DNA of 64,000 nucleotides from Hyphomicrobiaceae bacterium (GTDB lineage: Bacteria; Pseudomonadota; Alphaproteobacteria; Rhizobiales; Hyphomicrobiaceae), in the NCBI GenBank assembly GCA_049116495.1, contig JAGDYV010000029.1, positions 3,040-67,039 on the forward strand. The letters run 5' to 3'. Below the pieces are notes generated by a model. That model did no database searches, was not told the DNA's origin, and saw only the letters and a program-made list of their open reading frames with translations. The position numbers and the translations under genes are program-made. Shown here in pieces: positions 17,614 to 27,325 of this stretch. The stretch's first letter is position 1; each line of letters starts with the position of its first letter.

Positions 17614-18069
17614 TCAGCAGTTGCGATCGTATCTGCGGCAAGCTCTCCATGAACCGCGATCACAACTACGCCACCAACGACGACACCGACGACCATGCGA
17701 GTCATCCGCCCGCGCTGCCTCGGCTGCAATGATCGTGCCGAGAACGAGTGCACCAACGCCGATCGCAACGTTGCGATTGCGCCGCCGCCGACTGCGACGG
17801 CGATTGCCGCGCCGAGGGCCACCCCGTACGGCGCGACGCGCACCACGCCTACCGCCTCTTCGTGCTCGCCCACGGCGTTGAGCGAGCTGTATTTGTTTTG
17901 ACGTTTTGCGTCCTTCTGACTTCGGCTTCCCGGTCGCAAGAGATAACACCGTGGATCCCGCCTTAGGGCTCACGAATGGCACCCGCTCAGGCATTTGAGC
18001 TGCCCAGGATGGCCCCAACGACAACGAAACAAGGATCGCAAGCGCACCCAAGATTGTACGCAGTTTCAT
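17614..18069 (-). CDS. Small secreted/membrane-anchored Arg-rich protein with a Cys-patterned C-terminal tail (no recognised family)
   Basis: 151 aa from ATG 18069. Signal peptide MKLRTILGALAILVSLSLGPSWAAQ, poly-basic block RRGRARRGGRRGARRAVRGGPRRGNRRRSRRRRNRN, hydrophobic span VAIGVGALVLGTIIAA, and tail RRCRRWWRSCDRGSWRACRRYDRNC (C-x6-C-x7-C-x6-C). Confidence 0.55.
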   Translation of the reverse strand: MKLRTILGALAILVSLSLGPSWAAQMPERVPFVSPKAGSTVLSLATGKPKSEGRKTSKQIQLAQRRGRARRGGRRGARRAVRGGPRRGNRRRSRRRRNRNVAIGVGALVLGTIIAAEAARADDSHGRRCRRWWRSCDRGSWRACRRYDRNC

Positions 18070-18392
18070 AGAAATTCCCTTCATCTTGATCAGCAAGATA
18101 TCTCCCCAATTCAAGATCCTACTACGCCCCTGAAACATTGTCAGGCTCCTTTTGACAACTTCCAACGTTGTTGTCGCGTTGAGCCTTCAATGCCATGGCA
18201 GGTCTGCTGCAAAACTCTCGGAAACCTTTACTATGATTAACGGTCATGCCGACACACTGTGCTCACCTCGTTCTCGAGCGGTGAGGCGACCGCACAATTC
18301 ACATTATCCAGTCTGCGCTGAATTTGCGCAGAACATGCACCAGCTCGCGAATTGTGCTAGCAGAACATATTGGATTACGAGTAGCACGCCAT

Positions 18393-19250
18393 ATGACACG
18401 AATTTTCATTGATGCGCATGGAACAGCCTGGAACAGCGAGTCCGGGGCTTTCGCGGAGCGATTTTCCGTGACATCCGAGCTTAATGGCCGAACTCAGCAG
18501 TTTCTGATCCGTCAAGCCGGTCTCGCCGCAATCGCAGTACAAGAGACTGCCGTTAAACTCGAATTCGTTCCAGCCCTAACGTCTCCAGCAGCATGTCTGT
18601 CGATACTCAAGATTCTTGAAAAATACAGTCCTGAGCGCGTAGGTTTGTCATGGTACAATAAAGAGTGGACCTATGAGATCGTCAGGGGCTGGGCCGCGGC
18701 CCAAAAACGCGTGTCGGCGCTGACCGTTGTTCACCGATCCGAACCAGAACCGAGATACCTGTCGGCAACCCAGGGCCTAGAAAATCTGCAGCCAGACAAT
18801 CCACTTGCGCAAGTCTTTGCTCTTTGGCGCGAACGTAGTGGTCGCTTTTATCCGACGAGCGATGAAAGCCGCTTGAGCGAGAGCACGAATGGCCGATTCT
18901 TTGTTGTTGGTCGGGACGATGGTGGCAGCGGGCTGCAGTTTGCATATGCCGGACCAGGCTGGCATGCGTTTGGGCAAGGTTGGGGTGCGCGAATGGTCGG
19001 GCGTGACGTCGCCCACCAGCCTGATCTCAACTACGGAAAGTGGTGCGCCGACTGTTTTCGGCGTGCGATTGAAGTTGGGCGGCCGCAGATCACATTCAAT
19101 GATGTGCTTGTCCGCGTGCCGCGCAACTCAAATCAAAAGCGTATTCGCTACCAGCGGTTGACGCTTCCGATAGACGCGCCTCCCGGTGCGCGCCGGCTGC
19201 TAAGCGCGACGCATATTGATACCGGGATCGACCTGCGCGTTGAAATCTAG
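18393..19250 (+). CDS. Hypothetical protein; the C-terminal half resembles the alphaproteobacterial PAS_5/DUF1457-type PAS-like domain (tentative)
   Basis: 285 aa from ATG 18393. The C-terminal LAQVFALWRERSGRFYP...FFVVGRDDGGSGLQFAYAGPGW...IRYQRLTLPI layout recalls DUF1457-type proteins. The N-terminal half is unrecognised. Confidence 0.5.
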   Translation: MTRIFIDAHGTAWNSESGAFAERFSVTSELNGRTQQFLIRQAGLAAIAVQETAVKLEFVPALTSPAACLSILKILEKYSPERVGLSWYNKEWTYEIVRGWAAAQKRVSALTVVHRSEPEPRYLSATQGLENLQPDNPLAQVFALWRERSGRFYPTSDESRLSESTNGRFFVVGRDDGGSGLQFAYAGPGWHAFGQGWGARMVGRDVAHQPDLNYGKWCADCFRRAIEVGRPQITFNDVLVRVPRNSNQKRIRYQRLTLPIDAPPGARRLLSATHIDTGIDLRVEI

Positions 19251-19886
19251 CATGAAGCCGAACAAGTCATCGATCATCTGCATGGGTGCTATTCGTGCGA
19301 GCCGCGTTTCGAAGTCCTTGCCCGGCAGGATTTCGTGGTTCCGGAAAATTATTGACCCAGACGTTCCCCCCAATCCCGTGCGCTGACTAAAGGCCTTCGC
19401 TGTGTTCTCAGCTGTGATCAGACCGATGAACTCATCGATATCCCACCGCACGAAACTGACTGCACGTATGAACCTTGGAATAATGTTGGCCAAGCCAATG
19501 CCGCGGTAGTCAGGCCGGTACCAGATGGCACCACTCAGCACGATATTGCCGGATATGGCGCCGGCATCCGGCGAATTCACTAGGCAAGCTTCATTGTCAC
19601 GCATGTCGCGTTCCGGATTGGCGTAGAACAATCGCATCGACTCAGCTTCTTGCTTCAAGGTCGTCGTGCGCCAATCAAAATATCGCGTCGCTTGTGTTGC
19701 GACGACCTCTCCTTCCGAATTGCGGCCAAACACAACGACGCCGTTCGTTTCATCCACACCGCTCAGATGCGGGTGAAAGCTTGTTGTGATCGGCTTCCAC
19801 GTATCGCTGTTGGCCTCATTGACGGCCAACAAGTCGTCAAAGGTTGCAAACTCAAGTGTGATCCCGCGAGCAGCGGCCGCCGCCAC
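19200..19886 (-). CDS. Hypothetical protein, possibly GNAT/acyl-CoA N-acyltransferase-like fold (tentative)
   Basis: 228-aa ORF. The YRPDYRGIGLANIIPRFIRAVSFV segment resembles the acetyl-CoA-binding beta4-alpha3 region of GNATs. The 3' end overlaps the convergent gene by 51 nt. Confidence 0.45.
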   Translation of the reverse strand: MAAAAARGITLEFATFDDLLAVNEANSDTWKPITTSFHPHLSGVDETNGVVVFGRNSEGEVVATQATRYFDWRTTTLKQEAESMRLFYANPERDMRDNEACLVNSPDAGAISGNIVLSGAIWYRPDYRGIGLANIIPRFIRAVSFVRWDIDEFIGLITAENTAKAFSQRTGLGGTSGSIIFRNHEILPGKDFETRLARIAPMQMIDDLFGFMLDFNAQVDPGINMRRA

Positions 19887-20254
19887 TGCCTTTAGGAAAA
19901 ATCGGGCAAGTAAGTCTCTAGGTTCCCGCGTAACGTCGATCTGCTCTAGTATGCGGTCGTGTTCATGAATTTGCTCATTTGAAACAACAGCGTGCTTTGG
20001 GCTTTTTTTTTAAGTCCAGTCATTATAGTCTCCTTTCAGTTGAGAACAGAACAATCATCTACTATCTTGATTGTTTTGGTTAGCAGGGATGTGCATAACT
20101 TGATTGGATTGCGCGGAATCGATCTCGACCGCGGCAATTTCCGCGGGAGACTCATCGGTTTGAAAGGATTATCCAATCACAGCCATCAAGCGACGTGCGG
20201 TCGCTTGGAAGTGCCTATACGGGTGGGAAATCTCAATTTGTGGACGATCGATTA

Positions 20255-20686
20255 ATGGCCGAAATTAATGACGCCAAGTTACTGGAGATCGATGCCCGCG
20301 TTGCTAAACGCTTGCGGTTACGCCGCGAAATGCTCGGCCTTTCACAAGTGAATCTGGCTGAGCTCTGTGAAATCTCGCCACAGCAAATTCACAAGTATGA
20401 GAATGGCACGAGCAAGCTTAGCTCGGTTCGGCTAATCCAGCTCGCGAATGTACTTGCTGTGCGCGTTGGCTGGTTTTTCGGCGAAGACGATGCCGACGGG
20501 GAAGAGGTAAACGATTTCATCGAATTGCTGTCCGACCGCGTTCATCTCGACGTTCTTTTGACGCTTAGTAAGGTTGAGTCACGACAACGCAAGGAGCTGA
20601 TCTCCCGCGTCGTCAGAGTTCTTAGTGAAGGCGGATTGGTCGACGACGATCGCCCTGCTGTGCCGTTGAAAAGCAGGGCGCTTTAG
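20255..20686 (+). CDS. XRE-family helix-turn-helix transcriptional regulator
   Basis: 143 aa from ATG 20255. VAKRLRLRREMLGLSQVNLAELCEISPQQIHKYENGTSKLSSVRLIQLANVL is a canonical Cro/C1-type HTH. Confidence 0.8.
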   Translation: MAEINDAKLLEIDARVAKRLRLRREMLGLSQVNLAELCEISPQQIHKYENGTSKLSSVRLIQLANVLAVRVGWFFGEDDADGEEVNDFIELLSDRVHLDVLLTLSKVESRQRKELISRVVRVLSEGGLVDDDRPAVPLKSRAL

Positions 20687-20812
20687 CCTGCCCAACTTTT
20701 TACCACCCTTTTGACGAAATCGCTTCACTCCGTCGCCAGCGTCTTCTCTGCTGGCCACGACGTGACTTCCAGCCTTGTCCTCTTTTTGCGCGGCGTACTT
20801 TTAGTCGCGCGG

Positions 20813-22510
20813 CTAATCCGGCCGGAACCGGACACCCTGGCGAGCCAATCCTCCACCCAGCGCAATGGCTGTGCCGTCAGCACGCCAGCAGGCAGCACCT
20901 TCCCAATCGCCGTCTTCGCGGCGCCGCACACCGTTCATGCCACCGCCTAAATGCCGTACAGGGAGAACTTTTTGACCACGCTTGGCCAGTTCGTCGACGA
21001 CTTGCAGATTCGTGCCTGCCTCAAGCTCGAGTACGTCTCCTTGTGTCCACACCCTTGGCGCCTCGACGGCTTCCTGCAAATTCATACCGTGTTCGACGAG
21101 ATTGATGATGGACTGCATTGCCGAGGGAAATATGCGCATGCCACCGACGACGCCCAAGGCGAACTCAACCGATCCCTCCCTGATGCCCATGACCGGCGCC
21201 ATTGAAGTTGGAACGCGTTTACCTGCCTCTATCGACAGCGCACGGCCGGGATGCGGGTCAAAAAGGTACATATAGTTGTTGGCGATCATGCCAGTCTCGC
21301 CAAGGATGTAGCGTCCGCCAAACAGGCTGTTGATCGTATGTGTCGCGACGACCACTGCTCCATCCCTGTCAACAGCTGTCATGTGCGTTGTATGTGGAGA
21401 CTCACGGTTCTCTGCCAGCAAGCCATCGACGCCAGCCGACCAGGTTTGCGCCTGCGTCAGGGAAATCGCCGCGCGGCGGAGATCCGCATAGGTTTTGGAT
21501 ATCAACTGCTCAACCGGAACATCAATGAAGGCTGGATCGCCTGTTGACGCATCCCTGTCTGCGAAAGCAATTTTCATGACTTCTGCCAGAAGATGCGTTG
21601 CGTCCGCCGAGCCATAACCCATTGCAGCAAGGTCGTATCCCTCCAGAATGTTCAACATCTGGATGACATGCACACCTCCCGAAGCAGGTGGCGGCGGCCC
21701 GACAATTTGCACGCCCCTGTAAGAGCCGCTGACACCCGCACGTTCAATCGGCTGATAGTCACGCAAATCGGCAAGCGTGAGAATGCCACCATTCCGGGCC
21801 ATATAATCTGCAACTGCTGCCCCGACCGGCCCGCCGTGCAACGCAACTGCGCCAGCTTTGGAAACAGCTTTGAGCGTTTCAGCGTAAGCGGACTGCTTGA
21901 GCAAAGTGCCCGCCGAAACTGGATCGCCGTCAGGCAAGAACAACTTTGCGATCAGTGGATCCTGCGATAGGTCTTCAGCGGCCTCACTGATGCATTCTGA
22001 AAGGTAAGGCGAGACACGAAACCCATGTTCTGCGTAATGAACAGCTGGGCCGATGACGTCCGCGATAGAGAGTGTTCCATAAGCTTCGAGCGCCTTTGAC
22101 CAGGCGGCGAGATTGCCCGCCGTCGCTGTCGATAGCGGCCCGATAGCATTCTTGCGCCCTGCCGTCTCCAAGCGTTGCGCCAAGTCATCCGACACACATT
22201 CGAACATATCCGGCTCTGCGCCGTGCGGCGCCTGGCTCTGCCCGTCGATCACGACGTGGCGGCCTTCTGCCGTGCGGATATGCATCATGCCGCCACCGAT
22301 CAGACCAACCATCATTGGTTCAACAACCGTGAGCGTCAGCAGGCTTGCAACGGCGGCATCCACGGCATTGCCACCCGCCGCTAGAATTTGGACACCGGCG
22401 GCTGCACCGAGCGGATGATTGGCCACGACAATGCCGTTCTTACCGATGGCCGGTCGCTTCTCACAACTGAATGCCGCCGGACTGCGATTGCGCCACGCTT
22501 TTTCTTGCAT
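20813..22510 (-). CDS. ggt: Gamma-glutamyltransferase family protein (no obvious signal peptide)
   Basis: 565 aa. GGGMMHIRTAEG, the autoprocessing/catalytic Thr region SPHTTHMTAVDRDGAVVVATHTINSLFGG, and C-terminal GGMNGV. Confidence 0.88.
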   Translation of the reverse strand: MQEKAWRNRSPAAFSCEKRPAIGKNGIVVANHPLGAAAGVQILAAGGNAVDAAVASLLTLTVVEPMMVGLIGGGMMHIRTAEGRHVVIDGQSQAPHGAEPDMFECVSDDLAQRLETAGRKNAIGPLSTATAGNLAAWSKALEAYGTLSIADVIGPAVHYAEHGFRVSPYLSECISEAAEDLSQDPLIAKLFLPDGDPVSAGTLLKQSAYAETLKAVSKAGAVALHGGPVGAAVADYMARNGGILTLADLRDYQPIERAGVSGSYRGVQIVGPPPPASGGVHVIQMLNILEGYDLAAMGYGSADATHLLAEVMKIAFADRDASTGDPAFIDVPVEQLISKTYADLRRAAISLTQAQTWSAGVDGLLAENRESPHTTHMTAVDRDGAVVVATHTINSLFGGRYILGETGMIANNYMYLFDPHPGRALSIEAGKRVPTSMAPVMGIREGSVEFALGVVGGMRIFPSAMQSIINLVEHGMNLQEAVEAPRVWTQGDVLELEAGTNLQVVDELAKRGQKVLPVRHLGGGMNGVRRREDGDWEGAACWRADGTAIALGGGLARQGVRFRPD

Positions 22511-22859
22511 GCAAAGCCCCCTCCTGCCGCCATAGGATCAAGGGCATCGCCGTGATCCGCAAATCCGCCGAATGAGACGTTATCACTTTCGGGCGCCATT
22601 CGTGAATCCCGCCGACAAGTAATCGGATATGGGCTTGCGTTGTTGGTGCTTGACGTTGACCAACAGGCCAGACGCGTGTTTTTCTAAAGCGACCGAGAAC
22701 GAGAACAAACCTCACGTGGAATTTGCTGTCGAGTTGCTCGCTTCCTCTGGAATGCGCATTCGATTCGCGAACTCCGAGAAACGTGTAAATTGCGCTCCGA
22801 AAAAGCGAGTTTTAGCCTGCGAGATGGCGACCAACAGAGCAGCGCCGAGAGGAGCGATT

Positions 22860-24182
22860 GTGACAAAGCTGAATGAACTGACCGCCGCTGAGGCAGCCCG
22901 CAAAATTGCCGAAGGCGCAATCACTGCAGAAGAGCTCATGCAAGCCTGCCTCGATCGGGTGGCGGAAAGAGAAGGCGATGTCCGCGCCTGGGCGTATATC
23001 GACCCGGATCACGCCCTCGCTCAGGCGCGACGTGCCGATGAAGAATTGAAGTCAGGCAAAATTGTCGGTCCGCTGCACGGAGTTCCGGTCGGCGTGAAGG
23101 ACGTCATTGACACGGCCGATATGCCAACGCAGAACGGCTCACCGCTGTACGAGGGCCGACGCACCAACCACGATGCGGCCTGTGTGGCGGCCTTGCGCGC
23201 GGCCGGTGCGATCATAATGGGTAAGACGGTTACGACGGAACTCGCCAACCTCAATCCGAGCAAGACACGCAATCCGCACAACCTTGAGCACTCGCCGGGC
23301 GGATCATCGGCAGGCTCTGGCGCAGGCGTTGCCGATTTCCATGTGCCACTCGCGCTCGGCACGCAAACCGGTGGATCTGTTATCCGACCTGCGTCCTTCA
23401 ATGGTGTCTACGGCCTAAAGCCAACGCTCGGCTGGATTCCACGTGGCGGCGTCCTGATGCAATCGCATACGCTCGACACAGTTGGCGTCTACGGTCGTTC
23501 ACTGGATGACATCGCGCTGATCGGCGACGTCCTGTCTGTTCATGACCCCGATGATTTGCACAGCTTTGCGGGCAGTCGAGCAAGCCTTCGCGATGTCTCA
23601 CAGCATCAGCCCCAATCACCACCGCGCTTTGCCTTTCTGAAAACGCCAGCGTGGGATCACGCCGAGCCGGAGGCACAACAAGCGATCGAAAAGCTCGCCG
23701 AGTCATTGGGCGATCAATGCCGTCATGAAGAACCTGCCTCGCCATTCGATCAGGTTGTCGATTTCCACTCAACGATTATCGCAGTCGAAGATCTTGCCTA
23801 CTATGGCCGATTTCTGGAAGAACAGCCGAGTCTTTTGAGCGACAACATCAAAAAGCGGTTAGTCGCTGCGCAGCAGATCCGCGGGGATACCTACGTCAAG
23901 GCGCTGCTGGCCCGCGAGACAATCTACGCCGTCGTCGAAAAGCTGCTCAACGACTATGACGCTATACTGTGCCTAGCATCCGCCGGCCCAGCACCGCGCG
24001 GTTTCGAGACGACAGGCAATGCAATATTCAATGGTCTTTGGACCTATCTTGGCGTGCCCTGCGTATCGCTACCACGTTTAACGGTTCGCGATATGCCGAT
24101 GGGCGTGCAGCTTGTCGGGATGCGCGGCGATGAAGGTCGACTGATACGTACTGCCCGCTGGCTCGACAACAAGCTTAGGTAG
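22860..24182 (+). CDS. Amidase-signature family amidase (GatA-like)
   Basis: GTG 22860 is preceded by GAGAGGAG; ATG 22824 is an alternative start. LTAAEAARKIAEGAITAEEL N-terminus, GVPVGVKDVIDT (catalytic Lys region), and GGSSAGSGAGVA signature. Confidence 0.88.
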   Translation: MTKLNELTAAEAARKIAEGAITAEELMQACLDRVAEREGDVRAWAYIDPDHALAQARRADEELKSGKIVGPLHGVPVGVKDVIDTADMPTQNGSPLYEGRRTNHDAACVAALRAAGAIIMGKTVTTELANLNPSKTRNPHNLEHSPGGSSAGSGAGVADFHVPLALGTQTGGSVIRPASFNGVYGLKPTLGWIPRGGVLMQSHTLDTVGVYGRSLDDIALIGDVLSVHDPDDLHSFAGSRASLRDVSQHQPQSPPRFAFLKTPAWDHAEPEAQQAIEKLAESLGDQCRHEEPASPFDQVVDFHSTIIAVEDLAYYGRFLEEQPSLLSDNIKKRLVAAQQIRGDTYVKALLARETIYAVVEKLLNDYDAILCLASAGPAPRGFETTGNAIFNGLWTYLGVPCVSLPRLTVRDMPMGVQLVGMRGDEGRLIRTARWLDNKLR

Positions 24183-24262
24183 CCGATATCCTGGCCGTTC
24201 TTATTTTGCGCCGTCGTAGACATCTGAACTGCGCCTATCAGAAGTGAAAGCCATCTCCTACG

Positions 24263-25795
24263 ATGATTGAAACGAAGAACCTCGGCTCTCTGTTTGATCC
24301 CAGTTTCAGTGACGACATTGCATTAATTGATTGTCGTGACTGGGATAGCCCGCGCGAGTTTACCCACAAGCAGATCGAAGACGCAGCGAACGCCTGTGCA
24401 CGCGGCCTTTTGAAGCGTGGCTTGTGTGCAGGCGCATCAATAGCACTGCTATCGGCCAATCGAGCCGAATTCCTCATCGCCTATCTCGGCATTCTGCGCG
24501 CAGGCATGATTGCCGTTCCGTTCAATTACAAATTTCCGCACGAAACGATCGAATTCATTCTGCAAGACGCCAGTATCAGCCACATCTTTTGCGACGGGCC
24601 GCGTCAATCCGCATTGTCGACGTCCGTTGCCGTTACGAACTTTGACGACGATGGACCGAAAGGTTTTTCGGCACTGCTCGATCCGGGCCCTTTCGAAATG
24701 ATCGTGCCCACCGATGACGATGTCGCGATGGTGCTTTACACGTCCGGGTCAACTGGGCGACCGAAGGGAGTACCGCTAACACACTATGGACATCTATGGG
24801 CCCTACGGCGGCGCATCGCGGGTGCCGGCCCCGATAACCATACCATTCTCATCGCTGCCCCGATGTATCACATGAACGCACTTTGCGTCTCATTGTACGC
24901 GATATCGTGTCCAGCACGCGCAATCCTGCTGCCCGAGTTCAATGCGAAACGATATCTGGAGGCCATCGAACGGTTTAGTTGTACATGGATCACATCAGTG
25001 CCGACGATGCTGGCAATGTGTTTCGCAGAGCCCGAAACGCTCGCCACAACAGATCTGAGCAGCGTTCGCAATGTCCGAATGGGATCAGCGCCGATCTCCC
25101 CCAAACTCTGGGCGCAGGTCGAAGCAACCTTCAATGGTGCCAGCATTATGAACGGCTATGGCACGACGGAGGCAGGTCCCATTGTGTTCGGTCCAAAACC
25201 CGGCCGATTGATGCCACCCTTGGCGGCGGGTTTTCCAGCAGCAGACGTCGATGTCAAGTTGATCGATGAAACCGGCGATGAAGCCGACCAAGGCGTGCTG
25301 TGGCATCGCACGCCGGCGACGATGACCGGATACCTCAATTTGCCGGAAAAAACGAAAGAGGTGCTGACCGCTGATGGCTGGTATATTTCCGGTGACGTAT
25401 TTCGGCGCGACGAACAAGGCGCCTACTTCTTCGTTGGCCGCTCGGACGACATGTTCGTTTGCGGCGGCGAAAACATCTATCCAGGTGAAGTGGAAGCCGT
25501 CCTTGTCGGTCATCCCAAAATCGAACAAGCTTGCGTCGTACCCGTGCCCGACGAGATAAAGGGCGAAAAGCCTGTCGCATTTGTTGTCACCGATGCGCAG
25601 GCGAGCGTGAATGAAGCTGACGTGAAAGCACATGCTCTCGCCCATGCCCCCGCCTACCAGCATCCCCGTATGGTGATATTTGTCGATAGCCTGCCGCTTG
25701 CCGGTCCCGGCAAGGTTGATCGCAACGGGCTGACCTTGCGCGCCGCGGAAATTTGGGATCAGTTAGGCGCTGACCAGCGCGCCGCCGATAGCTGA
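24263..25795 (+). CDS. AMP-dependent acyl-CoA synthetase/ligase (ANL superfamily)
   Basis: LYTSGSTGRPKGV, NGYGTTEAG, YISGDVFRRDEQGYFF-like and GKVDRN motifs. Confidence 0.9.
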   Translation: MIETKNLGSLFDPSFSDDIALIDCRDWDSPREFTHKQIEDAANACARGLLKRGLCAGASIALLSANRAEFLIAYLGILRAGMIAVPFNYKFPHETIEFILQDASISHIFCDGPRQSALSTSVAVTNFDDDGPKGFSALLDPGPFEMIVPTDDDVAMVLYTSGSTGRPKGVPLTHYGHLWALRRRIAGAGPDNHTILIAAPMYHMNALCVSLYAISCPARAILLPEFNAKRYLEAIERFSCTWITSVPTMLAMCFAEPETLATTDLSSVRNVRMGSAPISPKLWAQVEATFNGASIMNGYGTTEAGPIVFGPKPGRLMPPLAAGFPAADVDVKLIDETGDEADQGVLWHRTPATMTGYLNLPEKTKEVLTADGWYISGDVFRRDEQGAYFFVGRSDDMFVCGGENIYPGEVEAVLVGHPKIEQACVVPVPDEIKGEKPVAFVVTDAQASVNEADVKAHALAHAPAYQHPRMVIFVDSLPLAGPGKVDRNGLTLRAAEIWDQLGADQRAADS

Positions 25796-25871
25796 ACAAG
25801 CGGGCGCGAAAAATATTGATAAGAAAGCAACTGGGCAACTGCACGTCATTGTCCCGGCATGGAGCATCCAA

Positions 25872-26882
25872 GTGAAAGCAGCAGTCATACAACAGCATGG
25901 CGGACCCGGAACAATCGCCATTGAGCAAAGCTTCGAGGATCCAAAACCGGGCGCCGAGGATGTCGTCATTAAAGTCGGCGCGACATCGCTCAACTACCAT
26001 GACGTATTCACGCGCAATGGCATGCCCGGCATCAAGGTGCCGATGCCATGCATCATGGGGTTGGACTTCGCAGGCGAAATTGTTGAGATCGGCAGCGAAG
26101 TGAAAGACTGGAAGGTTGGTCAGCGCGTCCTCATTGACCCGGTTGACCGCGTCGGACCTGGCGGCTTGATCGGAGAGATGTGGCACGGCGGTCTGGCTGA
26201 GTACTGCAAGGTACCGACGCATCACCTGGTCAATCTACCCGACAACGTTTCTTACGAAGATGCATCCTGCCTACCCGTGGCATACGGCACAGCTCTGCGC
26301 ATGATGTACACGATCGGCGATGTTCAAGCCGGTGAAAAGGTCCTCGTTCTTGGCGCGTCCGGCGGCGTCGGGACGTGCAGTGTGCTGCTGGCAAAGGCAC
26401 GGGGCTGCGAGGTCATTGCCTGCGCTTCATCGGAGTCAAAGCTGAACCGGCTTAAGGAAATGGGCGCAGACCACGGCATCAACTACATGGAAGAAGATTT
26501 TATGAAGTGGGTGTGGACGCAATTTGGCAAACCACATCGCAGGCAGTGGGAGAAAGGCGTTGACGTTGTTGTCAACTTCACTGGCGGCGACACCTGGGTG
26601 CCATCACTAAGAGTGCTGCACCGCGGTGGTCGAATCCTCACGTGCGGCGCCACAGCCGGCTTTGATCCGAAGGAGGACCTGCGATTTATTTGGTCGTACG
26701 AACTCAAGGTTCTGGGTGCGAACGGCTGGATGCGCGAAGACCTTGAAACCCTCATCAATATGCTCTCTGACGGCAGCTTGAAGCCCGTTATTGACAAGGT
26801 GATGCCGATTGAAGAAGTCAACGAAGCCTTCCGAATGTTGGAAGATCGCGAAGTATTTGGAAAGGTTGTGCTGAAACCATGA
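25872..26882 (+). CDS. Zinc-type alcohol dehydrogenase/quinone oxidoreductase (MDR superfamily)
   Basis: GTG start. GroES-like N-terminal domain, Rossmann motif LGASGGVGTCSVLLAK, and C-terminal GKVVLKP typical of MDR enzymes. Confidence 0.85.
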   Translation: MKAAVIQQHGGPGTIAIEQSFEDPKPGAEDVVIKVGATSLNYHDVFTRNGMPGIKVPMPCIMGLDFAGEIVEIGSEVKDWKVGQRVLIDPVDRVGPGGLIGEMWHGGLAEYCKVPTHHLVNLPDNVSYEDASCLPVAYGTALRMMYTIGDVQAGEKVLVLGASGGVGTCSVLLAKARGCEVIACASSESKLNRLKEMGADHGINYMEEDFMKWVWTQFGKPHRRQWEKGVDVVVNFTGGDTWVPSLRVLHRGGRILTCGATAGFDPKEDLRFIWSYELKVLGANGWMREDLETLINMLSDGSLKPVIDKVMPIEEVNEAFRMLEDREVFGKVVLKP

Positions 26883-27325
26883 GTACGGACAAGAATGCCG
26901 CACAGGAAAAGCCTAGACTGGATTCCGCCAGCCTTGCCGAGATTTTCGAACGTTCGCCGTTCATTCGCACGCTTGGTCTCGAAGTTGTCTCGCTTGAATA
27001 TGATGCAGCTGAACTGACCGTACGAATGCCGCTTGCTGCACACTTCGAGAGGCGCGAAGGCACCAAACAGTTCCACGGCGGTGTTCTTGCCGCATTGATC
27101 GATACGGTTGGAGATTTCGCGCTCGGAATGTTGCTCGGCGGCGGCATACCGACGATGAACTTGCGTGTTGACTATCTCAAGCCAGCTATAGGTGACAGCG
27201 TCACCGCAATCGCAAAGGTGCGTCGTCGAGGGCGCTCTTCTGCCGTAATTGATATTGATGTCTTCGATGAGAAAAACGCGTTAGTCGCGATTGGCCGCGG
27301 CACTTATGTACCGGTAACAGGATAA
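26879..27325 (+). CDS. PaaI-family hotdog-fold thioesterase
   Basis: ATGA overlap with the upstream gene. FHGGVLAALIDTVGDFA motif and ~148-aa size are typical of PaaI/YbgC-like thioesterases. Confidence 0.8.
   Translation: MSTDKNAAQEKPRLDSASLAEIFERSPFIRTLGLEVVSLEYDAAELTVRMPLAAHFERREGTKQFHGGVLAALIDTVGDFALGMLLGGGIPTMNLRVDYLKPAIGDSVTAIAKVRRRGRSSAVIDIDVFDEKNALVAIGRGTYVPVTG

Noticed and set aside
17282-17939. Long ORFs in several other frames across the cationic-protein locus: 17282-17881 (+, 199 aa), 17287-17580 (-), 17318-17650 (-), 17415-17732 (+), 17541-17939 (-).
   Set aside because: They are a by-product of CGN/GCN-rich repetitive DNA. They lack signal peptides or SD sequences, run straight through the perfect terminator hairpin at 17547-17574, and translate to Ala/Gly/Val/Arg low-complexity strings. 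The frames with a signal peptide and correct terminator placement were preferred. Frame choice is still not proven.
18312-18332. Hairpin/palindrome TCTGCGC-tgaattt-GCGCAGA about 60 nt upstream of the 18393 start.
   Set aside because: It has a 7-bp stem with no U-tract and occurs only once. It may be an operator, but there is nothing to connect it to a regulator, so it is too weak to call.
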